From NCBI GenBank assembly GCA_965197725.1, contig CBDANQ010000055.1, positions 1 to 64,000 on the forward strand: a DNA stretch of 64,000 nt, read 5' to 3'. Origin of the DNA: Longimicrobiales bacterium. GTDB lineage: Bacteria; Gemmatimonadota; Gemmatimonadetes; Longimicrobiales; Gaopeijiaceae. Under the pieces are notes generated by a model that made no database searches, was not told the DNA's origin, and saw nothing but the letters and a program-made list of their open reading frames with translations. The translations under genes and the position numbers were made by a program. Shown here one piece after another: positions 54,724 through 64,000 of the stretch (positions are counted from its first letter, which is position 1; each line of letters starts with the position of its first letter).

Positions 54724-57407
54724 CCTTCTAGCTCGAGCACAGCGGCCCCGCAGCCGCTGAACTGCTCGGCCAGTTCCGGGTGGCAGGTGAAGACGAAGAG
54801 CTGCCGGTTGCGCGCGAGGCTGTCCAGAACCTCGATGCCCCGGCCGCGTCGCTCTCGGTCCCAGTTGACGAAGACCTCGTCGACGAAGAGGGGAAGACGC
54901 TCACCTCCCTGATCGAGGTGGTCCACGATCGCGAGTCGCAGCGAGAGGTACGCCTGCTCGAGCGTGCCAGTGGACACCGGCGGCGTGAGCGGTACTGGCG
55001 CTGGCAGGCCGGGCCCGAGCACCTGAAAAATGTCACCCGCACCTGCTTCGTTGACGAGGATGCGATCGTAGCGTCCGCCGGTGAGGTGCTTCAGATACGC
55101 CCCCGCCCGCCGGATCAGGTCCGGCTGGTGTTCCTCACGAAAGCGCCGATCGGCGTCACGGATGAGTTGGGCCAGCACCCAGCGTCGGTCCCGTTCCCGG
55201 ACGAGCCGCGCCTCTTCGTCCTGGAGGCTCGCGATTTCGCCGTCCACGGCGTCCACGGTTTCCTCTCCATGCAGGTGCGCGATGTCTCGGTCGAGCCCCT
55301 TGGCGCGGGTGGCCAGTAGCTCTATTCGCTCACTCAGCCGCTCGACCCCAGCGCGGCGGCTGGCGAGGTCGTCCTCGACGATGGTCCACGACTCGCCGGC
55401 TTCCTCGGATGCGCCGATGCGGTCGCGAACTTCGTCGAGGTCAGGGTGAGTGCGCTCCAGCTCGTCCTCGAGTTCGTCGGCTCGGATGTGCGCAGCGAGC
55501 CGTGCAGTGGTCGCATCGACGCCCCGCTCGAGCTCGCCTCCTCCGAGGGCGGTCATGCACTTGGTGAACTCCCCCAACGCGGCCTCCGTTTCTTCGAGTT
55601 CCGTCACGAGCCGATCCCGCTCGCGGTGGAGGCGTCGTAGCTCGCGGTCGGCCGCTGCCGCGCCCTCTCGGAGTCGCTCCGCGCGCCGGAGCTCGCGGTC
55701 GAGCAGGTGGGTCAGGGCCTCGGCCTGGAGAGGCACCTCCAGCTCGAGACTCCCGGCCAGAGCGGCCGCTCCCGCATCGACCCGGTCGAGCCGCTCCATG
55801 AGCTCATCTCTCTCCCCGGATCGCTCCCCGTGATCTCTCATGAGCCCCTGAAGCCGTTCGAAGTCGGAGGCGAGGCCTTCCGACGGTTCGTCGAGCAGAG
55901 CGGGTTCAGTGGGGATGTCCTTCAGAAGCTCGAGAACGAGGTCGCGAGTCTCCCGCTCCCGCTGCCGCGCTCGAGCGAGTCCAGCGGCTGGACTGCGCCC
56001 GGCCCCCCCGGACGCGGGCGCGGTTCGAGCTCTCTGCCACTGGGTCAACAACGTGAGCCCGATCGCACCACCAGCGGCCCCGAGGGCCGTCAAAGTGGCG
56101 AGGCCCGAGAGCGTGCCCGCCACCACCAGCGTCACTCCGAAGAGCGTCATCAGCACGGCACCGGCAGGGATCGCACTCCCGGCCCCCGCCGCTTCGGGAT
56201 CGGCGCCGTCGAGTACAAGGCGCTCGTCGCGGGCCCGGTGAGCATCGTGGACTCGGGCGCGCAGCGCCCGGGTGGACAGCGCCGAGATCGCTCCCTGCGG
56301 AGCTTCCGCGATAGGAACGGCGAGGAGTTCCGCGCCCAGCTCGTCAATCCGACGGGCGAGGTCGCTCGTCTCTTGCTTCAACCCCTGACGGCGCGCTCGG
56401 TCCGCGAGGGTGCCGCTCGCCAGTGCCAGGAAGGACTCGACCTCCTCGGAGCGCTCGAGTAGCGACCGGGCTCTCTCGTCGTAGCTCGCGACCGCGGCCT
56501 CCGGCTCTCGCAGATCCCGGTCGGTCTCCGATGCACGCTCCGCCAGCTCGCGCACCCGAGCCTCGAGGTCCCTGACGTGCGCACTCGGGTCGGACGGCAG
56601 CGACTGTAGTGCCTCACGTGGTCCGCCCTCCTCTCGAAGCGTCGTGATTCGGAGGAGCTGGGCTCGGATCGGGGTCAGGGTCTGTACGCGCTCCACCGCG
56701 ACCCGCTCTCGCTCTCTCGCTTCTCGAGCGTTGTACAACTCGGTCCGGGTCCGCTCGAGCTCCTCGGCGAGCGACCGGATCTCCCGATCGCGCTCGAGCG
56801 CTTGTCGGCGCTGTGAACGCAGGGCGCGGATGTGGTCCTGCAGTCTTCTGACCCGCTGATTGCCGCGTCGGTGAGGTCGCCACAACGCGCCCGCCTCGTG
56901 TTCGAGCACGTCCGCGACGCTACGGGCCGGCAAGAGGTCGGTCGCTCCCATCGAGCCGAGGATGCGATCCTGAATGCGCGCCCACGTCTCGGAGTCCAGA
57001 CCCGCGAGATCCCCGAGCGTGACGGCGAAGACCTGCCGGAAGACCGCGCGCGGAACATGATCGACCCACGGGAGGGCACGATTGCGTACCTCATCGACCC
57101 GCCCGTCGATCGCGAGTCTCCCCCCGGGTTGCGAACGCAGATGACGCTCGACCTCGGCACACCCCTCTCCGTCCAGGCGTAGTCGCGCGCTGCCACAGGC
57201 GTCCTCACCATTCCATGGCAGGTAGGGATTTCCCTCCCTGGAGGCAGGGTGAAAGCCATATAGCATCGTGGTAAGGAAGTGGAAGAGCGTCGACTTGCCC
57301 GCTTCGTTCGGGCCGAGCACCACGACGAGTCCGGGCAGGGCGTCAGCGCCCGAGTCGAAGTTGTTGAACCGTCCGAACGCGCGCACATGGACGCGCTCGA
57401 TCCTCAC
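54720..57407 (-). CDS. YhaN-like AAA_27 SMC/Rad50-type ATPase
   Basis: GPNEAGKST, long coiled coil, STGTLEQAYLSLRLA, LPLFVDEVFVNWD, FTCH. Confidence 0.9.
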   Translation of the reverse strand: MRIERVHVRAFGRFNNFDSGADALPGLVVVLGPNEAGKSTLFHFLTTMLYGFHPASREGNPYLPWNGEDACGSARLRLDGEGCAEVERHLRSQPGGRLAIDGRVDEVRNRALPWVDHVPRAVFRQVFAVTLGDLAGLDSETWARIQDRILGSMGATDLLPARSVADVLEHEAGALWRPHRRGNQRVRRLQDHIRALRSQRRQALERDREIRSLAEELERTRTELYNAREARERERVAVERVQTLTPIRAQLLRITTLREEGGPREALQSLPSDPSAHVRDLEARVRELAERASETDRDLREPEAAVASYDERARSLLERSEEVESFLALASGTLADRARRQGLKQETSDLARRIDELGAELLAVPIAEAPQGAISALSTRALRARVHDAHRARDERLVLDGADPEAAGAGSAIPAGAVLMTLFGVTLVVAGTLSGLATLTALGAAGGAIGLTLLTQWQRARTAPASGGAGRSPAAGLARARQRERETRDLVLELLKDIPTEPALLDEPSEGLASDFERLQGLMRDHGERSGERDELMERLDRVDAGAAALAGSLELEVPLQAEALTHLLDRELRRAERLREGAAAADRELRRLHRERDRLVTELEETEAALGEFTKCMTALGGGELERGVDATTARLAAHIRADELEDELERTHPDLDEVRDRIGASEEAGESWTIVEDDLASRRAGVERLSERIELLATRAKGLDRDIAHLHGEETVDAVDGEIASLQDEEARLVRERDRRWVLAQLIRDADRRFREEHQPDLIRRAGAYLKHLTGGRYDRILVNEAGAGDIFQVLGPGLPAPVPLTPPVSTGTLEQAYLSLRLAIVDHLDQGGERLPLFVDEVFVNWDRERRGRGIEVLDSLARNRQLFVFTCHPELAEQFSGCGAAVLELEG

Positions 57408-58660
57408 GGCGCGTCACCCTCGGATCCGAGCAGACGTGCGGCGAGCTCCCCCTCTGCGTCTCGCAGCAATTCGCGAACGTACGCGTCGACGACCGCCGTG
57501 TCTTCAGAAGCGACACCCGCGAGGGTGCCGGCGTCGAGCCCCGTCAGCCGAGCCTCGCCCCGGCGGATCGATTCGCTGAGCCGCAGCGTCTCGCCGAGCA
57601 CGTCGGTGCGGATGCGATGCTCGTGGATCGCAACGACCGGGTGAAGCCGGTCCGCCATGACAACGACATCGAGGGCACCCAGCACCTCCGCCAACTCCCG
57701 AGCGAGCACGTCCCGGTTCTCGTCGTCCTGGAGCTCCTTCCAGAGAGGGCACGGTCCGGTGAGCTGGACACGAACCATCCACTCGACTTCCCGTGCGGCC
57801 GCCTGCCCGTCGCGGAACGACCGCCACACGGCTCCGATGCTTTGCTCGAGCCGGTCGAGGGAATCGGCCCCTTCCAAGTGATCGACGGTGATCGTCTCCC
57901 ACCGGATCGGCGTCAGGGCCCGGAAAGAGATCTCGGGCGCCTCGCGGTCGGTGACATCGACCAGGAGCGCTCCACGCGCCCCGGTATCGGTATGGGTACG
58001 CCCCACAAGGCTTCCCGCGTACACGACCGGAGGGTCCAGGGACAGCTCCTGCCGGACATGCACATGGCCAAGCGCCCAGTAGTCGTAGCCCGAACGGACG
58101 AGATACGTGAGCTCCGAGGGTGCGTACGCGTGATGCGCGTCAGCTCCGAGGGACGAGTGCACCTGAGTGTGCAGCAACGCCACTTCTGGCAGATCGCTCT
58201 TCGGAGCGGGAAGAAGTCGAGAGAGGTCCCGTTTCTCCTGGTCGCTCGCGTGGCCCGCGGCCGCCACGTAGCCCGCAGGCTCACCCTCCCGGTCATGTAT
58301 GAGGATCCGCTTGGGGGTGGAGTCCCACGCGACGTGCACGTTCGCCGGCCAATCCAGAGGCCGTGGGCCCGAGAGAGGTGACCCGTGGTCGTGGTTGCCC
58401 GTCGCGTATACCACGATGACACCGTGTTGCTCGAGGCGGCGCGTCTGCTCCAGGAGAAACCGCTCTGTCTGGAAGGAGAGTCGGTCACCGTCGAAGAGGT
58501 CGCCAGCGATCAGGAGCGCGTTGGCGTCCTCTCGTATCGCCAAGTCGGCGGTGCGGCGGAAGGCATCCCGGGACGCTTCTCGGAGTCGACGTCGTACGGT
58601 CGCTGAACGGCCCGCGAAGGAGGTGTCGAGGTGGACGTCGGCCAAGTGGACGAAACGCAT
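57404..58660 (-). CDS. YhaO-like Mre11/SbcD metallophosphoesterase
   Basis: HLADVHLD, AGDLFD, GNHD, LH, YWALGHVH all intact. Confidence 0.92.
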   Translation of the reverse strand: MRFVHLADVHLDTSFAGRSATVRRRLREASRDAFRRTADLAIREDANALLIAGDLFDGDRLSFQTERFLLEQTRRLEQHGVIVVYATGNHDHGSPLSGPRPLDWPANVHVAWDSTPKRILIHDREGEPAGYVAAAGHASDQEKRDLSRLLPAPKSDLPEVALLHTQVHSSLGADAHHAYAPSELTYLVRSGYDYWALGHVHVRQELSLDPPVVYAGSLVGRTHTDTGARGALLVDVTDREAPEISFRALTPIRWETITVDHLEGADSLDRLEQSIGAVWRSFRDGQAAAREVEWMVRVQLTGPCPLWKELQDDENRDVLARELAEVLGALDVVVMADRLHPVVAIHEHRIRTDVLGETLRLSESIRRGEARLTGLDAGTLAGVASEDTAVVDAYVRELLRDAEGELAARLLGSEGDAP

Positions 58661-58731
58661 GGCGGAAGCTAGAGCAAAGTTCGATCCCTGGGAATTCGCT
58701 AGGCGGGTCTACGATGGGCTATCATGGGACG

Positions 58732-59376
58732 ATGACCGAGAGCCCCAAAACGAGCCCCGGATTCGACGACTGCGGGTTCTGCGGCTTTACGTATTATGGC
58801 CGTCCGAACCAATGCCGGCGTTGCGGTAATCTGCTGAACGAAGCGGCCGAAGACGGGAAGCATCTGCTCAAGGACGGCCGCAGGCGCGTCCAGCGGCAGA
58901 AGGCTCGCTCCGACGCACTCTTCCTCGGCGGGCTGCTCCTGGGTGGCCCCATGATGGCGGTCGGCTCGACCTTCAGGATCGGGCTCTTCGCTGCCCTGGC
59001 TGGGGCGATCTCGTCCGTGATCCGCCGCTACTCGGACTGGTCGACGACCGGGACCGTGGTGGTCGGAAGCGCCTTCGCGCTCATCGCCGCGACATGGCTC
59101 GCGGACACACCCCCCACGGAGGAAGAGTCGCTCGCGGCGGAGTCGGCGCGCGCCGCGTACGTGCGGGCGCTCTCGGACCTCGACCCCGATGTTTTCGTCG
59201 AGACGCGAGGATTAGGACACGTAGCGGTCTGGTTCAACCTGCCGAGCGAGTTCGAGGGTGAGTGCGGCGAATACCCCTCCGGGCCGGTCCGCGACCACCT
59301 CGCTGGCCTCGGCTTTTTGAGGGTCGTCGTTGCCGCGAGGAACCAGGGTGGAGGCCTCTGCTCCTTTGGGCCCTGA
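58732..59376 (+). CDS. Zinc-ribbon membrane protein
   Basis: N-terminal CGFC...CRRC, three TM segments, small C-terminal soluble domain with two Cys. Confidence 0.65.
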   Translation: MTESPKTSPGFDDCGFCGFTYYGRPNQCRRCGNLLNEAAEDGKHLLKDGRRRVQRQKARSDALFLGGLLLGGPMMAVGSTFRIGLFAALAGAISSVIRRYSDWSTTGTVVVGSAFALIAATWLADTPPTEEESLAAESARAAYVRALSDLDPDVFVETRGLGHVAVWFNLPSEFEGECGEYPSGPVRDHLAGLGFLRVVVAARNQGGGLCSFGP

Positions 59377-59453
59377 GGCATCGGTTCCGATACTTGCATT
59401 GTGACGGGCTGTGTCTCTTGCCAATGCGGGTTTCCCGCCAACAGGTTCACCCC

Positions 59454-62400
59454 ATGAGTGACACGACGGACACGGCTGATCACCGACTCCGAGAGGGATC
59501 CCCCACCGTCAGCGCGGTCTGCGACAAGGTCGGGCTGGTCATCGGCGGGCCGGAGGCCCGTTTGGCGGTCGACTTCGCCGAGATCTTTCTCTCCAGGACC
59601 CCGCACGAGCTGGTGCGGGAGCGGGGAACCGACGACCTGACCCACATGGTCGTGGGCGCGTTCCGCTTCTTCGCCCGGGCAAGGCCGGACCGTGTCGACG
59701 TCGTCGTGTCGAATACGGACCCCGAGAGCGATGGCCGGCTTGCTCCTGTCACGACGGTGCGAACCAACGTCAGCGAGCGCCCCTTCATCGTGGACACGAT
59801 CCGCGAGTTCCTGCACTCCGAGCAACTCTCGATCTCCCAGATCGTGTACCCTCTCTTCGATATTGATCGCGACGAGCAGGGGAACTTGGTCGCGGTGCGG
59901 TCTCCGGGAGACGGCGTGTCGAAGGAGTCGCTCGTGCACTGCGAAGTGGATCGAGTCGATGATCCCAAAAGGCTCGAGTACATCCAGCGGGAGTTGAGCA
60001 GCCGTCTCCAGGACGTCGTGCGTGCGACGGACGACTTCAGCCCCATGATCGACGCGGTGAACTCCGTGGTGGCGGAGCTCGCGGAGCACGGTCGGGCGCT
60101 CGAGGATCGACGCGAGGAAATCGACGAGATCCAGGACTTCCTGCGCTGGCTGAGAGACGGAAGACTCGTCTTCCTCGGATATCGCGGATACGACCTGGTC
60201 GACGGCCCCGGTGGAGAGCGCAGCGTGCTGGTGGAGCCCGGCTCCGGACTCGGCGTTCTTCGCAACGAGGGTCAGTCGCGCTTCGCGGCGCCGGTCCCGG
60301 TGTCGCAGCTGGATGACGGGGTTCGCGATCTGGTGGAGCGCGGTCCCGTGCTGATCATCAACAAGACGAACGCGGAGTCGACGGTCCATCGCCGGGTGCG
60401 CATGGACTACATCGGGGTCAAGAAGCTCAGGCCCGACGGAACCGCGGCCGGCGAGCATCGCTTCGTGGGCCTGTTCACCTCAAAAGCCTATTCCGAGGAT
60501 GCCGAGAGCATCCCGATCCTGCGTCAGAAACTGACGCACATCCTGAGCGGGGCCGAGGCGGTCGAGGGATCGCACGACTACAAGGAGATCATCACCATCT
60601 TCAACTCGCTGCCGAAGGAGGAGCTCTTCCTCACTTCGGCGGCGGAGATAGGCAGCGACATCCGGACGGTGGTCAACGCGTACCACACATCGGGCGTGCG
60701 TGCCACGCTACGCGAGGACCCACTCAAGCGCGGTGTCGCGGTCATGGTCATCATTCCCCGAGATCGCTTCTCAGGGACCGTCCGCAAAGCGATCGAGGCC
60801 GCTCTGGTGGAGGAGCTGCAGGGTGAGGTCCTGAACTATCACCTCGCGATGGGCGAGGGAGACCAGGCCCGTCTCCACTTCTACATCGGTGCCACGAGTG
60901 AGCGGCTCGAAAAGATTGACCCGGGGCAGATCGAGCGCCGCGTCGCCCTGCTCACACGCACCTGGATGGACCGCCTGCAAGAGGGGCTCGCTACCGTGCT
61001 GGAATCGGCGGGCGAGGCGCGTAGGCTGGCTACGCTTTACGGCTCGACGCTCACAGCTGAATACCAGGCGGCGACCGATCCGGAGATCGCAGTCACCGAT
61101 GTGCTCGAACTCGAGGCCCTGGCGGCCAACGGCAGCTCGATATCGATCGCGCTCGCGAACCGCGGCGGGGAGATCTCTGTCGCGGGTCTCCAGGGAGCGA
61201 CGGAGCTCAAAGTCTTTCTGCACGGCGAGCGCCTGATCCTCTCGGACTTCATGCCAATCCTGGAGGACGCGGGGCTGCGGGTGATCGCGGTGAAGCCCTT
61301 CGAGGTGGGCGAGTCGGAGTCGGAAGGTGCGACGATCTACGTCTTTGCCGTTCAGGACGCCGAGCAACGGTTGCTCGACGTGGAGAACCGTGGCCCGAAC
61401 CTGTCGGCGACCATCCTCGCGGCTCGTGCCGGCGATGTCCTCAGCGATCGGCTGCACGCACTGGTCGTGAGCGTGGGACTCCACTGGAGAGAGGTCGACG
61501 TGCTGCGCGGGTACGCAGCGTCCGCGTTCCAGATCGGGGCCGTACCGAGTCGCCAGTCGATTCCCGCAGCGCTCGTACGGTATCCCGGCATCGCGATGGA
61601 GCTTCTCGACCTTTTTGCCACGAAGTTCGATCCGTCAACCGGTGCTTCGAAGGAGGAACGTGTCTCCGCGATGGCGGACATCCGGGCTCTCTTCCACGGG
61701 TCACTGCGGAGTGTGAGCGCGTTGCCGGACGACCGGGCACTGCGCCGGCTCGAGGAGCTCATTGGCGCCACGGTGCGTACGAACTTCTACAAGCACGGTG
61801 GCAAGGAGCCGACGTTCCGTTCCGGCGGTGTGCCATACATCTCGTACAAGTTCGACTGCCGGGACATGGAGCTCTTGCACCGCTCGAGACTCCGCTTCGA
61901 GGTATGGGTGCACTCGTCCCGCATGGAAGGCGTCCACTTGCGCGGCTCGAGCGTGGCGCGCGGGGGCATCCGCTGGAGTGACCGGCCCCACGACTTCCGC
62001 GCGGAGGTGCTCGGCCTGGTGAAGACGCAGATCGTCAAGAACGCCGTGATCGTTCCGGGCGGCTCGAAGGGAGGCTTCGTGACCCGCGTAGTGCCGTCCG
62101 ACCCCGAGCAGCGGCGTGACGAGGGGCGTGCCCAGTACCAGACGCTCATGCGCGGGCTGCTAGACCTCACCGACAACCTTTCGGACGGCAAGACGGTACT
62201 GCCGGACAACGTCGTCGCGTACGACACAGCGGATCCGTACCTCGTGGTCGCGGCAGACAAGGGCACCGCGACCTTCTCGGACCTCGCGAACTCGATCTCG
62301 TCCGAGTACGGTTTCTGGCTCGACGACGCGTTCGCGTCCGGTGGTTCGAACGGCTACGACCCCAAGGTGGTCGGCATCACCGCACGGGGCGCGTGGGAGT

Positions 62401-64000
62401 GCGTGAAGCGTCACTTCCTCGAGAAGGGGAAGGATATCCAGAGCGAGCCGTTCAGCGTCGTGGGCATCGGCGACATGAGCGGCGACGTCTTCGGGAACGG
62501 CATGCTGCTCTCCGAGCAAATCCGCTTGATCGCGGCGTTCGACCACCGGCATATCTTCATCGATCCGGACCCCGATCCCGCGACGACATTTACCGAGCGG
62601 ACGCGCGTGTTCGAGCTCGGGCGATCGAGCTGGGAGGACTATGACACGAGCCTGCTGAGCGAGGGCGGCATGATCGTGCCGCGCGGCTCAAAGGAGGTCG
62701 AGCTGACCCCGCAGGCCCGCCGTGCGCTCGGTTTGGCGGACAACGCTCCCGACGTCATGGAGGGGGAGGCCCTCATCCGCGCGCTGCTCAAGGCGCCCGC
62801 GGAACTACTCTGGAACGGTGGCATCGGTACATACGTGAAGTCGAGCTCCGAGAGCCACGCCGATGTCGGTGACACGTCGAACGATGAGGTGCGAATCGAC
62901 GTTTCGGACCTCCGGTGCGAGGTCGTAGGCGAGGGCGGTAACCTCGGCTTCACGCAGCGAGCGCGTATCGAGTACGCGCTGAACGGCGGCCGCATCAACA
63001 CGGACGCTCTCGACAACTCGGCCGGCGTCAACATGTCCGACTACGAGGTCAATCTCAAGATCCTGCTGGCGCCCGCGGTCGCGAGCGGCAGCATGAGCGA
63101 CGACGGCCGCAACGAGCTTCTCCAAAAACTGACCCAGGACGTCGCGGAGCTCGTGCTCATGAACAACCGGACGCAGAGTCTCGCGATCTCCTTGGATGCA
63201 CGGAGAGCAAAAGAAGGGGCTGACGACTTCCGCGATCTCATGTTCACGCTCGAGAAGACCGGTGAGTTGGACCGACTCTCCGAGTACCTGCCGACCGGCG
63301 ACGTTCTCGACGAACGACGGGAGCGTGGGCAGACGTTGGCGCGCCCGGAGCTGTGCGTCTTGCTCGCCTATTCCAAGCTGTCCCTGATGAGCGGCTTGCT
63401 GCGCAGCGGCCTGCCGGACGATCCGGTGACCGAGAGCTATTTGCTCGGCTACTTCCCCCCGGCCGCGATGGTCGCGGCGGGGAGCGAGTACCTCGCGTCG
63501 CACCGTCTGCGTCGCGAGATCATCGCGAGCCAGCTCACGAACGATCTCGTCGACCTGATGGGGGCGACGTTCGTGCACCGCCTGGTCCGTGATACCGGTC
63601 GAAGCGCCGAGCAGATAGCGCGCGCTTGGCTGGTTGCCTCGCGGCTGGCCGACCACCGGGCGCTCCTGAGCGAGATGCGTGCTCAGAGCGCGATGAACTC
63701 ACCTGTCACGCATCGCTGGCTGCTCGGCTTGGCCAGGGTGCTCGAGCGTACGGCTCGATGGGTTTTGAGCAACGTCGACGCGGACGTGTCGCCTGCGCGC
63801 ATCGTCGACCAAAACCTCGAAGGACTAGCCACGCTCCGGAACTCGTTTGGTGCGATCGTCACCGGGCAAGACCGGGCGCTGTTCGAGGCCCGTGTGGATG
63901 AAATCCGAGAGGTCGGCGCAGACGAGGCCTTCTCTCAGCGGCTGATCACGCTCCGCTTCCTGGACCAACTACTCGAGATCCTCGAGATCGGACGCGAGAC
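59454..64000 (+). CDS. Large NAD-specific glutamate dehydrogenase (partial, runs off right edge)
   Basis: Frame open from ATG 59454 where checked; EGVHLRG..VARGGIRWSDR, KNAVIVP.GSKGGF, YLVVAADKGTATFSD, GDMSGDVFGNG, GEGGNLG, NTDALDNSAGV. Confidence 0.95.
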   Translation, partial: MSDTTDTADHRLREGSPTVSAVCDKVGLVIGGPEARLAVDFAEIFLSRTPHELVRERGTDDLTHMVVGAFRFFARARPDRVDVVVSNTDPESDGRLAPVTTVRTNVSERPFIVDTIREFLHSEQLSISQIVYPLFDIDRDEQGNLVAVRSPGDGVSKESLVHCEVDRVDDPKRLEYIQRELSSRLQDVVRATDDFSPMIDAVNSVVAELAEHGRALEDRREEIDEIQDFLRWLRDGRLVFLGYRGYDLVDGPGGERSVLVEPGSGLGVLRNEGQSRFAAPVPVSQLDDGVRDLVERGPVLIINKTNAESTVHRRVRMDYIGVKKLRPDGTAAGEHRFVGLFTSKAYSEDAESIPILRQKLTHILSGAEAVEGSHDYKEIITIFNSLPKEELFLTSAAEIGSDIRTVVNAYHTSGVRATLREDPLKRGVAVMVIIPRDRFSGTVRKAIEAALVEELQGEVLNYHLAMGEGDQARLHFYIGATSERLEKIDPGQIERRVALLTRTWMDRLQEGLATVLESAGEARRLATLYGSTLTAEYQAATDPEIAVTDVLELEALAANGSSISIALANRGGEISVAGLQGATELKVFLHGERLILSDFMPILEDAGLRVIAVKPFEVGESESEGATIYVFAVQDAEQRLLDVENRGPNLSATILAARAGDVLSDRLHALVVSVGLHWREVDVLRGYAASAFQIGAVPSRQSIPAALVRYPGIAMELLDLFATKFDPSTGASKEERVSAMADIRALFHGSLRSVSALPDDRALRRLEELIGATVRTNFYKHGGKEPTFRSGGVPYISYKFDCRDMELLHRSRLRFEVWVHSSRMEGVHLRGSSVARGGIRWSDRPHDFRAEVLGLVKTQIVKNAVIVPGGSKGGFVTRVVPSDPEQRRDEGRAQYQTLMRGLLDLTDNLSDGKTVLPDNVVAYDTADPYLVVAADKGTATFSDLANSISSEYGFWLDDAFASGGSNGYDPKVVGITARGAWECVKRHFLEKGKDIQSEPFSVVGIGDMSGDVFGNGMLLSEQIRLIAAFDHRHIFIDPDPDPATTFTERTRVFELGRSSWEDYDTSLLSEGGMIVPRGSKEVELTPQARRALGLADNAPDVMEGEALIRALLKAPAELLWNGGIGTYVKSSSESHADVGDTSNDEVRIDVSDLRCEVVGEGGNLGFTQRARIEYALNGGRINTDALDNSAGVNMSDYEVNLKILLAPAVASGSMSDDGRNELLQKLTQDVAELVLMNNRTQSLAISLDARRAKEGADDFRDLMFTLEKTGELDRLSEYLPTGDVLDERRERGQTLARPELCVLLAYSKLSLMSGLLRSGLPDDPVTESYLLGYFPPAAMVAAGSEYLASHRLRREIIASQLTNDLVDLMGATFVHRLVRDTGRSAEQIARAWLVASRLADHRALLSEMRAQSAMNSPVTHRWLLGLARVLERTARWVLSNVDADVSPARIVDQNLEGLATLRNSFGAIVTGQDRALFEARVDEIREVGADEAFSQRLITLRFLDQLLEILEIGRE

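Noticed and set aside
59028..63656. Long minus-strand ORFs (e.g. 59028-60458, 62805-63656)
   Set aside because: Antisense shadows of the high-GC NAD-GDH frame; no independent motifs

Overview
High-GC bacterial chromosomal window. Gene content (DUF2723 glycosyltransferase, VPS10/BNR hydrolase, M28/M20 peptidases, large NAD-GDH, sigma-70 lacking region 1.1) suggests Gemmatimonadota; this is inference, not a database result. It holds about 50 mostly housekeeping or metabolic genes (rsgA, Btu/Fec-type ABC transporter, trpE, ctaA, sucA, YhaO/YhaN, NAD-GDH), one IS1182-family element with a CTAG target duplication inside a VPS10/BNR gene, and a scrambled IS-end/duplication mosaic at 30.56-31.42 kb. 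No rRNA, tRNA or CRISPR array was seen. Notable points: (1) an uninterrupted 837-aa SbcD-SbcC (Mre11-Rad50) fusion whose nuclease and ATPase motifs are both degenerate while the zinc hook is kept; (2) a candidate 6S-like rod RNA with its own -10 element just upstream of a sigma-70 gene; (3) an ECF sigma-PspA-like operon with a Fur-box-like site, divergent from a V4R protein and a His-less kinase, with a candidate sRNA or long leader between them; (4) about eight 'gene ghosts', most keeping their first and last codons while lacking the interior; (5) head-to-head gene overlaps, including a possible non-contiguous glycosyltransferase operon. Several small frameshifts may be consensus errors rather than biology.
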